From: Psammoneis japonica
Taxonomy: Eukaryota
Assembly: GCA_008632985.1 (NCBI GenBank)
Contig: QPGO01000303.1
Location: 1 to 64,000 of the forward strand
Direction of reading: 5' to 3'
DNA length: 64,000 nucleotides
Below, in pieces: positions 13,101 through 23,557 of the stretch (positions are counted from its first letter, which is position 1; every line of letters starts with the position of its first letter). The translations under genes were made by a program, and so were the position numbers. The notes under the pieces are model-generated. The model did not search any database and was not told the DNA's origin. It worked only from the letters and a program-made list of their open reading frames with translations.

Positions 13101-15240
13101 ATTTTTGCAACCTCTTTCACTCTTTCTGTTGCATCACTCAAGACAACGGTCAAGTGCTGCACCGACAATTTGGAAAAATGGCACATTGTGCAGAAGATGC
13201 AATGAGTCATTGATGACCAGGGTTTGCATGAAAGCAACAAATCACAGGAGCAAAATGCAGCTGCTGATGGAGAGAATCTTTGAGCATCAAAGCCAAGCTG
13301 ACTTTGCAGAAGCAAAAAGCCATCAAATTTGCTGCATGTGGATCCCCACCTTTCTGTCATCATTGAGCATCACAGGTGATGGAATGGGCCACCAGGTGAA
13401 TTTTGCCACCCTTGTTGAAATGACAAGATTCCACAATCATGCAATTGCCCAAGGCTCTGAGACAATTGTTGTCAAAAGGCTGGGAATCCAAAAGCAGACA
13501 TGAGCCAAAATGAAATTGTTGAAAAGCACGTTGTGCTTCTATTCCAACAACCAGCTCCAAACCAAAAAGAAAGAAAGGCTGTCATGTGCTGCCTTTGAGG
13601 CATTTGCACAACAAGCTGATGGATGGCAAGGTGATTTGACTTTCTGATTTTTTTTGCACTGGAAACTTCGTGCTGGCCACATGCATCATTGCTGAAAATT
13701 GGCGACATGATGGTGGTGTGTTGTTGCAACGATGGCGATGACAGCAACGTGTCCCAGAGTTTTTTGTCATTGCAGACATTTGGTTTGTTGAGTTTGAGAA
13801 TGCACTCAGTCATGAAAGTCCCCGAGAGCAACCTCTGTTTGAAAGCAAAACGTCGCACCAATGCCGAGCTCTGTTTTTCGATCTGTCACTGTTGTGCATT
13901 CATTGTTGAATGACTGAGACTTCGTCAGGGGGACTTTCTTTGCATGTTCATGTTTTGAACAGTGCAGTCAATCATTGTGACAAGTGCCCATTGCAAAGTT
14001 GTCCTGCAAGAGCTTGAGAAAAAATGCCATCGTCATCATCGGCATTGACGGCAATTTGTCGTGCAAATTGCAAGAAATGCACACGACTGTTGTCTGTCCA
14101 ACATTGCGCTGCTGTGCACTTGTTGTGCACATGCCTTAAAGAGCTCAGTGTGAGAGCACCCTGCAGGGAATGATTCAGTTGGTCTGGCATCCCTTGGAAT
14201 TGACACACATGCTGTTGAAACCTTGGGCAGGAATGTGAAGGAGTGGCTTGCCCATCAATCCAGAACAATCCCGAGTCTCAGCACAGCACTCAGGCTGGCA
14301 AATGTCATTTCCAGGCCTTCCAAATCTAGGTGCAACAAAGAGGAGCATTGCATCAACTTGAAAGACTTCAATTTCACTCCTCTGTCCAACACCATTGACA
14401 CATTGAAAGACAAGGCAAAACAAGGGGCAAGAGTTGACACCACAAGAGTGAAAGAGAAGCCAAAGGAGCGATGAGTCACAAAACAAAGGACAAGAAGCAC
14501 ACCGCCATTGCATCATGTGACAACCACAGGTGCATGTTGCCAGCTTGACAATTTGCCTCATGCTCTGTCACCCATTGCTCATGCACATGTTTTCACAAGC
14601 AAATGCTGCACATTCGAGCACAAGCCAAAAAAAAGGCAAAATGAAAGAAACACAGACAACATCAACCACATGTTTTGCAGCACACATGGCACTTGTCAAG
14701 ACTGGGCCAATGTGCACACATGACATGGACAAACAAGATGAATCTCAGGCACAACTCGCCCCATGGAAAGATGCTGCAACGCGATGGCACAAACAATGCC
14801 GCAATGCAGCACCGTGGTGTCTGCGACAAAAATGTGCAGAGGCTGGTGCAAAAATTGGTTTGCAAGTCATTCTCCACTTTTTGATTTTTGTTAACTGAAA
14901 AATTCAACGATCCGTGGGAGGTCTTTCCCTTCCTCTTCTTCCTGCTTTAATTTTGCAGACCTCCTGAGCTGGGAGTGGCAAATGGTGCTTTCATGATGAT
15001 GATGCAGCGGCATTGTCTTCAGTGCGTTCCTGCAGCCATGCCACAGCATGTGCTTCTTGATGTGACAACATGTGTTGGAAACTTTGGAAGAGAGCTGCCT
15101 CATTGGTGGCATCTCCAATGGTGTTGTTTTCAACATGATTTTATGCACAATGGCAGCGCAGATGGCAGAGCACCGCATCAGATTTCTCACCTCGGGTGCC
15201 TGGCGACGGACGGACAGTGCTGCCATTTTTTCCGAAACTC
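9897..15240. other. Heavily decayed, TpA- and CpG-depleted block (probable old transposon DNA)
   Basis: Only about 13 TA dinucleotides seen in 5.3 kb, and the sequence is TG/CA-rich with many Cys/His-rich spurious ORFs. The left edge is where similarity to the 3' flank of P4H copy 2 (23040-23198) ends. Confidence 0.75.
9918..12335. repeat. Diverged inverted duplication (about 9918-10580 versus 11596-12335)
   Basis: 10381-10580 matches the reverse complement of 11596-11790, and 9918-10005 matches the reverse complement of 12245-12335. Similar pseudo-ORFs occur on opposite strands (EKCLNAxEQKLSR...RKMQTRHNG). Confidence 0.8.
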
Positions 15241-15294
15241 CATATAAACAGGCCATGACGATGTTCACCGGGCGGCAGCATTGGCATTTCGCAT

Positions 15295-15551
15295 TGTGAG
15301 CTAATGGTTTAATTAGAACTAAGTTGACAAGTGGCCTTGTGATGAACACAGATGAACTAATTGTGATTACTTTGAATTTCGAAAAGGTGAGAAGACGAAC
15401 GTCTCAACAAGTGTTTTCCGATAAGTGTTTGAGATGTCTTCAACAATTTGGGGGCCGTACGTGTAAACAATTTGGGGCCATAGAAATCGAATATTGATAA
15501 TCGGATGTCGTAGATGTCGCGAGGCATAAATAATAGACGTCAATAGTCACA
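15295..15551 (-). repeat. 3' LTR of copia element (257 bp)
   Basis: Matches 21218-21471 with 4 substitutions and one 3-bp indel. Confidence 0.95.
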
Positions 15552-15573
15552 CTCCCTCATTCGATGAGATGGG

Positions 15574-18500
15574 TCACCAGCCGAAAAGCAAACGACGGAG
15601 CTTATAGAAAACCGCCTTAGGTAGCTGTTTCGTGAAGATGTCGGCTTGTTGATCGGCAGTACGAATAGGTTGAACTTTGATACGGCCGTTGGCGACTTCG
15701 TCGCGAAAGTGGTGAAGTATGACGTTGAAGTGTCGAGTGCGTGGGCGCATTTTGGGTACGCGAGCGATCTCCAGTGCGGCGGAGTTATCCTCGAACATCG
15801 TGCAATGCATGACAGGTGTCGTTTTCACATTAATGTTTCTCTCCTTGAGTTCTTCCAACAGGCACATGATAGATTTCACATGTCTGGCAGCTGTAGAGAG
15901 AGCAATGTATTCAGATTCTGCACTGCTGAGAGCAAACATTGTTTGCAGCTTGGAAGCCCAATGTAGGGGCACGTTTGCAAATTTGACAGCAAAACCAGAG
16001 CGAGAGCGAGCTGTATCAGGATGGTTTGCTGCGATAGCCTTGTCCCAGTTGCCACAAAAATCAGCATCAACATAGCAATCAAGGCCATATATGTCGTCTG
16101 GTTTGATGATGTATCCTTCATTTCGGGTGGCCAGTAGATATCTTCCAATGTGTTTGATGGCAGCGCCGTGAGAAGCTTTGGGATTCGACGTGAAGCGGGC
16201 GCATTGGTGAGTAGCATATGCAATGTCACCTCTTGTTGATTTTTCTAAGAAGTTCAGTTTGCCAATGACAGAGCGGTAGTTCCATGATTCCTGAAAAGGT
16301 GCACCATCCGGATCGGGTCCGATAAGTTTTGTAGTGCTTGCTGGGAGCTCGTGTGTTTTGGTATTGTTTGAATTCGAGTTGTTGCGAGTGCCAATAAGAC
16401 CAAGGTCTTGGAGAATACTGTCAATAAGTTGTGGTTGGTATAGTTTGAAAGAGCCGTCCGGTAACGTTTCGATTTTGACGCCGAGGTAGTCACCAATGTC
16501 GCCTTCATCGGATATACGTGTACGTGTACCGAGGTCCTTGATACATTGATCAATCTTAGCATCCGAAGGATCGAATATAAGACCGTCGTCAGTATAAACT
16601 AGGAATATGGTCGTTCCACGGTAGAAAACACATTCGTCGAATGAAGACTGTGTAAAACCAATGTCGAGTAGTACGTTGCGTAAGAATATAAACCACGTTC
16701 GTCCAGCGTCTTTTCCTCCATATATATTTTTCAATACTTCCAAACAATGCTTGTTACGATCCAAATTAGGAAAGTTGATGCCTCTTGGTAGTTCCATAAA
16801 GGTGGGCCTTGGAATGTCAGCGTGTGGATATGCCAATACAAAGTCAACTTGTCTTGATTTCCATTTGAAGAGGATGGAGAGAATAAGGAATAGACGGATG
16901 ATAGTCCAAGAAAGTGTTGGAGCATAGGTTTCCTCGTAATGTTTTCCTTTCTTCATTTTGTGTCCTCCCAAGTTGAGTCGACTTTTCCACTTGTATACTT
17001 TGCGTGTGCCGATACGTCGCTTGCGCTTCATAGACCATATTGCAGGAAGAATAGTCTCACCCTGTGGTACATCAGCCTTTTCAATAACTCGCCAATGTTT
17101 CCTATCGGTATGGTCTTGGACTTCTTTAACCATAGCTTTCTTGAATTCGTGAGCGTCTGGTTCGCGAAGAGCCTCGTGCATGTAGAGAGTGTCCGGGTCA
17201 TTGGAAGCTTTCATGCTGTACAAAATGGGGTCTTCTAGTTGATTTCGGTCGTCGTCGATGAGATACATGTCCTGGGCAATAGCTTCATAAGTGGTTGCAG
17301 CGTATGAGACAATATTTTGTTCACGTTGAAGTTGTGACTCAATGGCCCTTTGGGTCATTTGGACTTTACGACCAGAGCGAGTTGTGACCGTTGGTGTTGG
17401 CGATCCTGAGTCGGCTGCAGAAGTTTCAGAAGTCTCGTTTGTTGTTGATGGACCTCCCTCATTTGTTGGAGTAGCGGTTTCTGTTTGATCCGAGTGGCTT
17501 AGAGATGATCCTGTATCATTTGTATTGTCCATGTCAGTTGGTGGTAAGTCCGACACATCTGGAGTAGGAGCTGTAGTCATCTTACGTCTTGACTTGTCAG
17601 TTGTTTTTGCAGAGAATCTGACGCGTGCTTGTTTCTTGTAATGACACTTTTCTTGCCATGCACTTCGAGGGATGACGGATGAGCCTTTGACAGTCTCAAA
17701 TAGGTCGTCAAATTTGACATGGCATTGTGGAGAGGTAAGTCCTGTTTCAAGATTAAGGACAAGTGCTACAGATCTGGCGTGTCTGGGTGAAGGTCCGAGA
17801 TAAATGCCCACTCGTGCTCTTGTTTCCCACTTTGGTAGATGAGAGCCTGACTGCAACTTGTTCTTTAACACATGTGCAGGACATCCAAAAGAGTGGAAGT
17901 GTCGTAGTTTTGGTTTGACTTGCACGTTTGCGAAGAGCTCTATTGGAGATTCGTTTCCAGGAGATCTGGCGGTGTGATTGTGCACGTTGTTGGCATAGCG
18001 TATAGCATGTGGCCACAAGTGGTGATCAACAGCGTTTGGCCAGCGATGGTGAGCGTGTATAAGTTGTGTTCTCGCTTGCTCTTGTAGGTCTCTAATGCGT
18101 TTTTCTGCTCTGCCGTTTTGAAAGTGTGCATTGACTCCGCAATGGGTTACATGCTGCCCTTGTTGACGCACCGATTTGATGAATGCGTTGTCAGCGAATC
18201 GTCCATTGTCGGCGTGATGGTGTTGGACACGGACTCCGAGGGAGCGGGCAAATGCTTCATAAGCAACTTTGGCGTGTAGCGTTTCTTCTGAGGTGATCGA
18301 TTTTTGTAAGTGCACGAATGACAGGTCGCTACAGTGGTCGACGAAGACCGTGACGTAGCGATGTCGTTGACGTGTTGGTGTGCCCTTGAGTTGAGCTATT
18401 AGTCCAGGCGTGGTGGCGTCGAGTTGGTCGACAGACACTACTTGGCCGGCTTCAGTGGCTTTGAAAATTTTGGTTTGTTGTGTGCCCTTGGTTCGCCATG

Positions 18501-19755
18501 GTACCTTGGTGGCTTTGCCACAGCGGCATGCAGCGCAGATGGGTACGCGGCAATCAGCGAGGCGCTTGGGTGGGTCTCCGGAGTTAGCCATGTGCTTAAT
18601 GCGTGAGAATGGCAAGTGTCCGAGTCGGTAGTGCCAAAGTAGTAGTTCGTTGGTAGGAGTCAGGTCGTCTGGGAATGTTTGGTCCTCGACGACTGGTGCG
18701 CCAAAGTTCATATCCGAGAAGTCCACCGTGTTGGGTGTCGTGGCTTCTGGTGTAGCCGTAGTTGAGTTTGTAGGCGTTGTAGCAGCTGTTGAGTTGCTGT
18801 TGTCGATGGCCTCGTTGAACGTGTGACGTGCAGTTGGTGCAGTGGTCTGTTCTTCAGGTAAGTCTTCAGGTTCGGGTTCGATGATGTGTGCATTTTGAAA
18901 CACTTTAGGTTCTCGTGCTTGCGAGTTGTACTCACGCTCAAATTCGTTGTGCTTGTCATAGGATGGAGCGGAGCGGAAGACTGGTACGTTTGCCTTGGAG
19001 AGCGGCATAGTTCGAGAGCATTTCTCGTCTTGCCATCGAAGTGTCGTTCGATCGTGAAGTGTCTTTTCATAAGTACCATCCGGATTGTTGGAAATTGGTG
19101 CGAGTACTTGTGCCAAGTGTTGTGGCGAGAGAAGACGAATTGGAAGCGTAGGTACGTAGTGCGTGTTCGGCATGATAAATTCATGAAGTAAGCCATCGTC
19201 GTCTTCAACCTTCCATTTAACTTTGCCCTTGAAGGTCGATTTGGCGTTACCACTGGCAGCTTCCACGACAACGTTGACCTTTGTTGGCGGTTCAATGAAG
19301 TCGTCTTTGTTGTTGGTCATGCAGTAGGAGGCATGGTTATCAACTCCGATGTTGAACGAGTCTGTGTCGAAGTTGTGATCGCGGTGACCGTCGCAGTTAC
19401 AGCCATGGGAGCAGGATGCGGTATGGCATGAGGCGTGCTGCGACTTGAGACCCATTAGTCGGCAAGTGGCTTTGTTGCACATAATGAAGTGTCGGCGTTT
19501 TCGTCGGATATAACGCATGTTGGTCTTGAGATAGTTTGGTTTCCTTGGTGGTCTACGACTTCTCAGGAGATGTTCCGTCATTCGTCGTAACCAGGAACGC
19601 AGGAGTGGAAAGGAGTGGAGCCAGTTCAGCAGTTCCACCGTAGCGCAGTAGATCATGTTGAGTGCGCAGAAGAATGGCAGGAAGACTGAGCATGCACCGC
19701 AGAACAGCCACAACCGTAAGTACAACTTGACTCGTAATGCAGTGTTGGCGAGTGC
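15574..19755 (-). CDS. pol: Copia pol (protease, GAG-pre-integrase Zn finger, integrase, RT, RNase H)
   Basis: VDNHAS protease, WHYRLGH...CAAC, VSVDQ, ADNG, NGRAE, WKSRLN, QVDF, VYTDD, YVDADF, AESEY, EDNS and ADIFTK motifs. In frame with gag after a single TGA. Confidence 0.92.
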   Translation of the reverse strand, partial: ALANTALRVKLYLRLWLFCGACSVFLPFFCALNMIYCATVELLNWLHSFPLLRSWLRRMTEHLLRSRRPPRKPNYLKTNMRYIRRKRRHFIMCNKATCRLMGLKSQHASCHTASCSHGCNCDGHRDHNFDTDSFNIGVDNHASYCMTNNKDDFIEPPTKVNVVVEAASGNAKSTFKGKVKWKVEDDDGLLHEFIMPNTHYVPTLPIRLLSPQHLAQVLAPISNNPDGTYEKTLHDRTTLRWQDEKCSRTMPLSKANVPVFRSAPSYDKHNEFEREYNSQAREPKVFQNAHIIEPEPEDLPEEQTTAPTARHTFNEAIDNSNSTAATTPTNSTTATPEATTPNTVDFSDMNFGAPVVEDQTFPDDLTPTNELLLWHYRLGHLPFSRIKHMANSGDPPKRLADCRVPICAACRCGKATKVPWRTKGTQQTKIFKATEAGQVVSVDQLDATTPGLIAQLKGTPTRQRHRYVTVFVDHCSDLSFVHLQKSITSEETLHAKVAYEAFARSLGVRVQHHHADNGRFADNAFIKSVRQQGQHVTHCGVNAHFQNGRAEKRIRDLQEQARTQLIHAHHRWPNAVDHHLWPHAIRYANNVHNHTARSPGNESPIELFANVQVKPKLRHFHSFGCPAHVLKNKLQSGSHLPKWETRARVGIYLGPSPRHARSVALVLNLETGLTSPQCHVKFDDLFETVKGSSVIPRSAWQEKCHYKKQARVRFSAKTTDKSRRKMTTAPTPDVSDLPPTDMDNTNDTGSSLSHSDQTETATPTNEGGPSTTNETSETSAADSGSPTPTVTTRSGRKVQMTQRAIESQLQREQNIVSYAATTYEAIAQDMYLIDDDRNQLEDPILYSMKASNDPDTLYMHEALREPDAHEFKKAMVKEVQDHTDRKHWRVIEKADVPQGETILPAIWSMKRKRRIGTRKVYKWKSRLNLGGHKMKKGKHYEETYAPTLSWTIIRLFLILSILFKWKSRQVDFVLAYPHADIPRPTFMELPRGINFPNLDRNKHCLEVLKNIYGGKDAGRTWFIFLRNVLLDIGFTQSSFDECVFYRGTTIFLVYTDDGLIFDPSDAKIDQCIKDLGTRTRISDEGDIGDYLGVKIETLPDGSFKLYQPQLIDSILQDLGLIGTRNNSNSNNTKTHELPASTTKLIGPDPDGAPFQESWNYRSVIGKLNFLEKSTRGDIAYATHQCARFTSNPKASHGAAIKHIGRYLLATRNEGYIIKPDDIYGLDCYVDADFCGNWDKAIAANHPDTARSRSGFAVKFANVPLHWASKLQTMFALSSAESEYIALSTAARHVKSIMCLLEELKERNINVKTTPVMHCTMFEDNSAALEIARVPKMRPRTRHFNVILHHFRDEVANGRIKVQPIRTADQQADIFTKQLPKAVFYKLRRLLFGW

Positions 19756-21156
19756 TCATTCTTGATCTGATGCGTCTTGTACGCCAACATTTGCCACAGA
19801 GGCAGTCAGGTCTGATTCGGCCTTGTCCTTGACGGTGGAGCAGTCCTTGGTAAGGTGAGCGGACCAATGCTCGTGGTTCTTGCACCATTTGAATGTTTTA
19901 CCCTCAACCGTCTTGGTGTGCGGTTGTCCGTCTTTAGGAGCTGCGTTGCGCCAGGCATGTTTTCCGTAGAAGAGGCATTTCTTGCATCCGTTGGATAGGA
20001 TCTTGAACCTCTGGCGCCTGTTGTTATTGTTGGAACCCGATTCTTTCGTTTTGTTGCCCTTGGTGGAGCTCTGAGTGGTCTTGTTGCTGTTGCCAGTAGA
20101 GCGTGGAGCATTGCGAGCTTTGGTGTCATGAAGGGTCTTGACTTCGGCTTGTGGAGCTACGATGGTCTCTTGCTCTTTGGTTGGTGCCATCCACTTTTCA
20201 GATTCAATTAGGATCTTGCACTTGTTTTCAGCCTTGAGCATGAGAGCATGTGCATCGAGATCTGATCCATCTTCACAGTCGCTCTTGTGCTTCTTGATGG
20301 ACTCGATGAATTCTGAGTCGGCGCACGTGAGGCAAGCCTTGAACACGTTGTTCAGCAGATCGGAACCAGTGTGGCCGCTAGTGGCAAGTTTCTTTTCCAA
20401 AGATTTGACGTGGTTGTTGAAAGTCTTGATGTTTTGACCGTCAACTGCAGCCATGCAAGCGTCTAGATTGCCCATTTGGTCACGGATTGCCGAGACAGCA
20501 GCCCTTGTGTCGACTTGAGCCTTTGACAGAAGTGCCTTGAGGTGGGCTGCACCGCATTCTTCGTCTCCAACAGTGCACTCAGCCTTTTCTTCCGTTGCCA
20601 TGATGGTCTTGGAGGGCTCGTCTGGGGTGCTCTGGAGACATGCGAGGAGTTGGCAGTCATTCTGCGTGTTGCGTTGCGCCAGATTGAGGCATGCAGCGGA
20701 TGCCGTGCGAATCTGCTCAGCTGAGATTTGTCCACACTCGGTGAGCATGTCCTTGTTCTCGGCTGGCAAAGCAGGAGCTGCGCCATGGTTGATGTCGATC
20801 GTGAGAATGTCGTTCCAACCATTGGTTTTAGAACGGACCGCGAGTTTTTCTAGGAAGACTGGGATGTTGGGCGATTCAAGACTGAACTGGGTGTCCAACG
20901 GCTTGGTCGCGTCTGCGAAAACGAGCGCGTCACCTTTCTTGGTGCAGTCCAAAACGTCTGCACGGGCCAGCGCTGGTGACTTGGCGAAAGGTCCTGGAGC
21001 AGCTGCTGCTGGTGGTGCAGGCATGTTGTTCACAATCGGCTGGACAGCCGCCTGGACAGCTTGTGCGATGGCGTTAGCGAGCGCGTCAGCATCCGCCACA
21101 ATGAGGTCTTGAAGTTCCTGAGCACGTCTTTGTGCTCCTCTTGTTAAACGGCGCAT
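19756..21156 (-). CDS. gag: Copia gag, strongly TpA-mutated
   Basis: 466-aa ORF just inside the 5' LTR with a WCKNH..W..H...C knuckle; only one Tyr remains. Confidence 0.85.
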   Translation of the reverse strand: MRRLTRGAQRRAQELQDLIVADADALANAIAQAVQAAVQPIVNNMPAPPAAAAPGPFAKSPALARADVLDCTKKGDALVFADATKPLDTQFSLESPNIPVFLEKLAVRSKTNGWNDILTIDINHGAAPALPAENKDMLTECGQISAEQIRTASAACLNLAQRNTQNDCQLLACLQSTPDEPSKTIMATEEKAECTVGDEECGAAHLKALLSKAQVDTRAAVSAIRDQMGNLDACMAAVDGQNIKTFNNHVKSLEKKLATSGHTGSDLLNNVFKACLTCADSEFIESIKKHKSDCEDGSDLDAHALMLKAENKCKILIESEKWMAPTKEQETIVAPQAEVKTLHDTKARNAPRSTGNSNKTTQSSTKGNKTKESGSNNNNRRQRFKILSNGCKKCLFYGKHAWRNAAPKDGQPHTKTVEGKTFKWCKNHEHWSAHLTKDCSTVKDKAESDLTASVANVGVQDASDQE

Positions 21157-21217
21157 CTTGTTGGTTCGGAGAGAACGTTGCTGGTTCGATTAAGAACACT
21201 TTGTCGCAGAGGAAGCG

Positions 21218-21471
21218 TGTGAGCTAATAGTTTAATTAGAACTAAGTTGACAAGTAGCCTTGTGATGAACACAGATGAACTAATTGTGATTGCTTTGAAT
21301 TTCGAAAAGGTGAGAAGACGAACGTCTCAATAAGTGTTTTCCGATAAGTGTTTGAGATGTCTTCAACAATTTGGGGGCCGTACGTGTAAACAATTTGGGG
21401 CCATAGAAATCGAATATTGATAATCGGATGTCGTAGATGTCGCGAGGCATAAATAGACGTCAATAGTCACA
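21218..21471 (-). repeat. 5' LTR of copia element (254 bp)
   Basis: TGTGAGCTAAT...GTCACA followed by TSD CGCAT. Confidence 0.95.
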
Positions 21472-23557
21472 CGCATTTGTAATAGTATTGGCATGCGTAG
21501 TATGTTCCATAAATGGCATACAAGATGCGGAAACTTGTGTGGATCCTGCCAATGATGATGATTCTGGTTCGAATCATCAGCGCTATCTTGCGGATTGTCG
21601 TGATGAGCATGACAAGTGTTCGGATTGGGCCTTGCAGGGACATTGTGAATCCGATAAATATGGTGACTTTATGAAGTCTTACTGTCGGAAGAGTTGTCCA
21701 GATGTGTGTAATGATGGGTAAGGTGGTGCTGTATGGGCGTGATGATCTCCTTTCTGCTTCATACCGTACGGGGTATGTTGTACTGAACTCATGCTTCTTC
21801 TGACAAATGTTGTTTCTTCATCAGATCGCTAGATTTGGGAGAGAGTCAGACTGCCACTGATGAAAAGACACGCGTTCTTATTGCCTCGTCTCTGAAATAC
21901 TTACAGACTGAAGTTAATGTCGACAAAAAGTACAAGCCCAGTGTACGAGCAAAGTGCAAGAATCAACACGAGTTTTGTTCGTTTTGGGCAACGCGGGGCG
22001 AGTGCGAACAGAATCCAACGTATATGCGAGGGAATTGTGCCTTGGCGTGCCAGTCGTGTTATTGGTTTGATGTCTCCTTGCGCTGCCCGTGGGATCCAAA
22101 CAACATTACGGCAGCGTTGGGGCCTGGCGACTTGAATAAGATGTTTGAACGCATCACGACGGATCCAGAATTCAAACAGTACAATCCAACCATCTTGCTA
22201 CAACCACCGGACGGTCCTTGGGTAGTAACCTTGGATGATTTTGTGTCGGAGCAAGAGTGTGACGCACTGATTGAAGCGGGAGGCAAATTGGGATACCAAC
22301 GGTCCAAGCATGCGGAAAGGGGTGTAAACGGAGAATCCATAAGCCAAGTGTCCGAGTTGCGCACATCTTATCACGCATGGTGTCTGGACGAGTGCTACAC
22401 AAGTGAGGCAGCCAAGAATGTTTCGGCGCGCATTGAACGTGTGACCGGGATTGGCGAAACATATTCGGGGTATTTTCAACTCTTAAAATACGAGAAGGAC
22501 CAGTATTACAAGGTACGTTGTGCAGGATGTCAGGATGAGATCTTGACTTTGCGTTGCCGGTACTTTCGCTAACAGACATTGTTCTCAGGTTCATCACGAT
22601 TTTATCCCAACCCATGTCGAGCGACCCATGGGACCACGGCTACTGACTGTGTACATTTATTTGAATGAGCCGGAAGAAGGAGGAGGAACAAGGTTTCCCT
22701 ATCTCGGTGACGGCGGTTTGACGGTACAACCGAAACGTGGTCGTGCCTTGATTTGGCCGTCCGTCTTGAATGACAAACCCATGAGCGAGGATAGTCGCAC
22801 GCAACACGAGGCCTTGCCTGTCATTGCCGGCCATAAGTTTGGAGCCAATGCGTGGATCCACATGGGTGATTACAAAGCCGCCTTTGCTCGTCGATGCCAT
22901 TAGTCTACCAGTAGTATGTGTACTCGGAGTAATGCGTAGGCGAACTCTTTCTACAGCGGTGACTCTTTGCTAGTAGAGGGAAGCAGATGTATGAACACAA
23001 ACAAATGCAACGCGTTTCCCTTTTTATGTTCTCTAGCTAGTAGCATCTCATTCTATTCTTTCTCTCGCGATTGCGGAGCGTTTCTAAAAACACAAAGTGG
23101 ACAGTAACTCGCAAATTGTGTGCATTCATGCACATTTTTAGGTGTGCAAGCCGATCGAAAGCTCTTGATCTCAGCCTTTCAATGGTGAATGTAACAGGTG
23201 ACTGCTGGCAATGCTTCCTTGAGGAATTAGGAGCGACAAACTCCAAAACAACAATGAGACTTGACTGAGAGATAACCTTACCGGTGGGAAATCCAAAATT
23301 CGGAACAATCCGTTCGGACGAAGGGCAGACACAATAGATGATATGTAGGCATTTAATGTCGTATAAAACGTAATACAAACTGAATGATGCACTCCGGTAA
23401 TTAATAAACATTGAAATTTTCAACGGACAAAGATAATCTTAATTCATTTTTATCTATGTTCGATTTCAAATATTACCTTTTCTCAACGGACAAAGATAGG
23501 TCAAAAAGCAAGAAAGAAACACGACGCAAGCAACTGCAACAACTGCGACACCCTACC

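Larger units (their letters stand above)
15295..21471 (-). mobile_element. Full-length Ty1/copia (CoDi-type) LTR retrotransposon
   Basis: Paired TG...CA LTRs, TSD CGCAT (15290-15294 and 21472-21476), purine tract GAGGGAG next to the 3' LTR, and gag then protease-integrase-RT-RNaseH order. Confidence 0.96.
15255..22903 (+). pseudogene. ShKT-prolyl 4-hydroxylase copy 2, interrupted in its signal-peptide exon by the copia element
   Basis: ATGACGATGTTCACC at 15255 matches the copy-1 start. Removing the element and one TSD gives MTMFTGRQHWHFAFVIVLACVVCSINGIQDAETC. The rest (21477-22903, introns 21718-21824 and 22513-22588) is intact and close to copy 1. Confidence 0.85.

Noticed and set aside
9973..15349. 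Dozens of overlapping Cys/His-rich ORFs on all six frames (also 29000-30190 and 43000-49140)
   Set aside because: They are a by-product of TpA loss, which removes TAA/TAG stops and creates TGY/CAY codons. No domain motifs are present, so these are not metal-binding protein genes.
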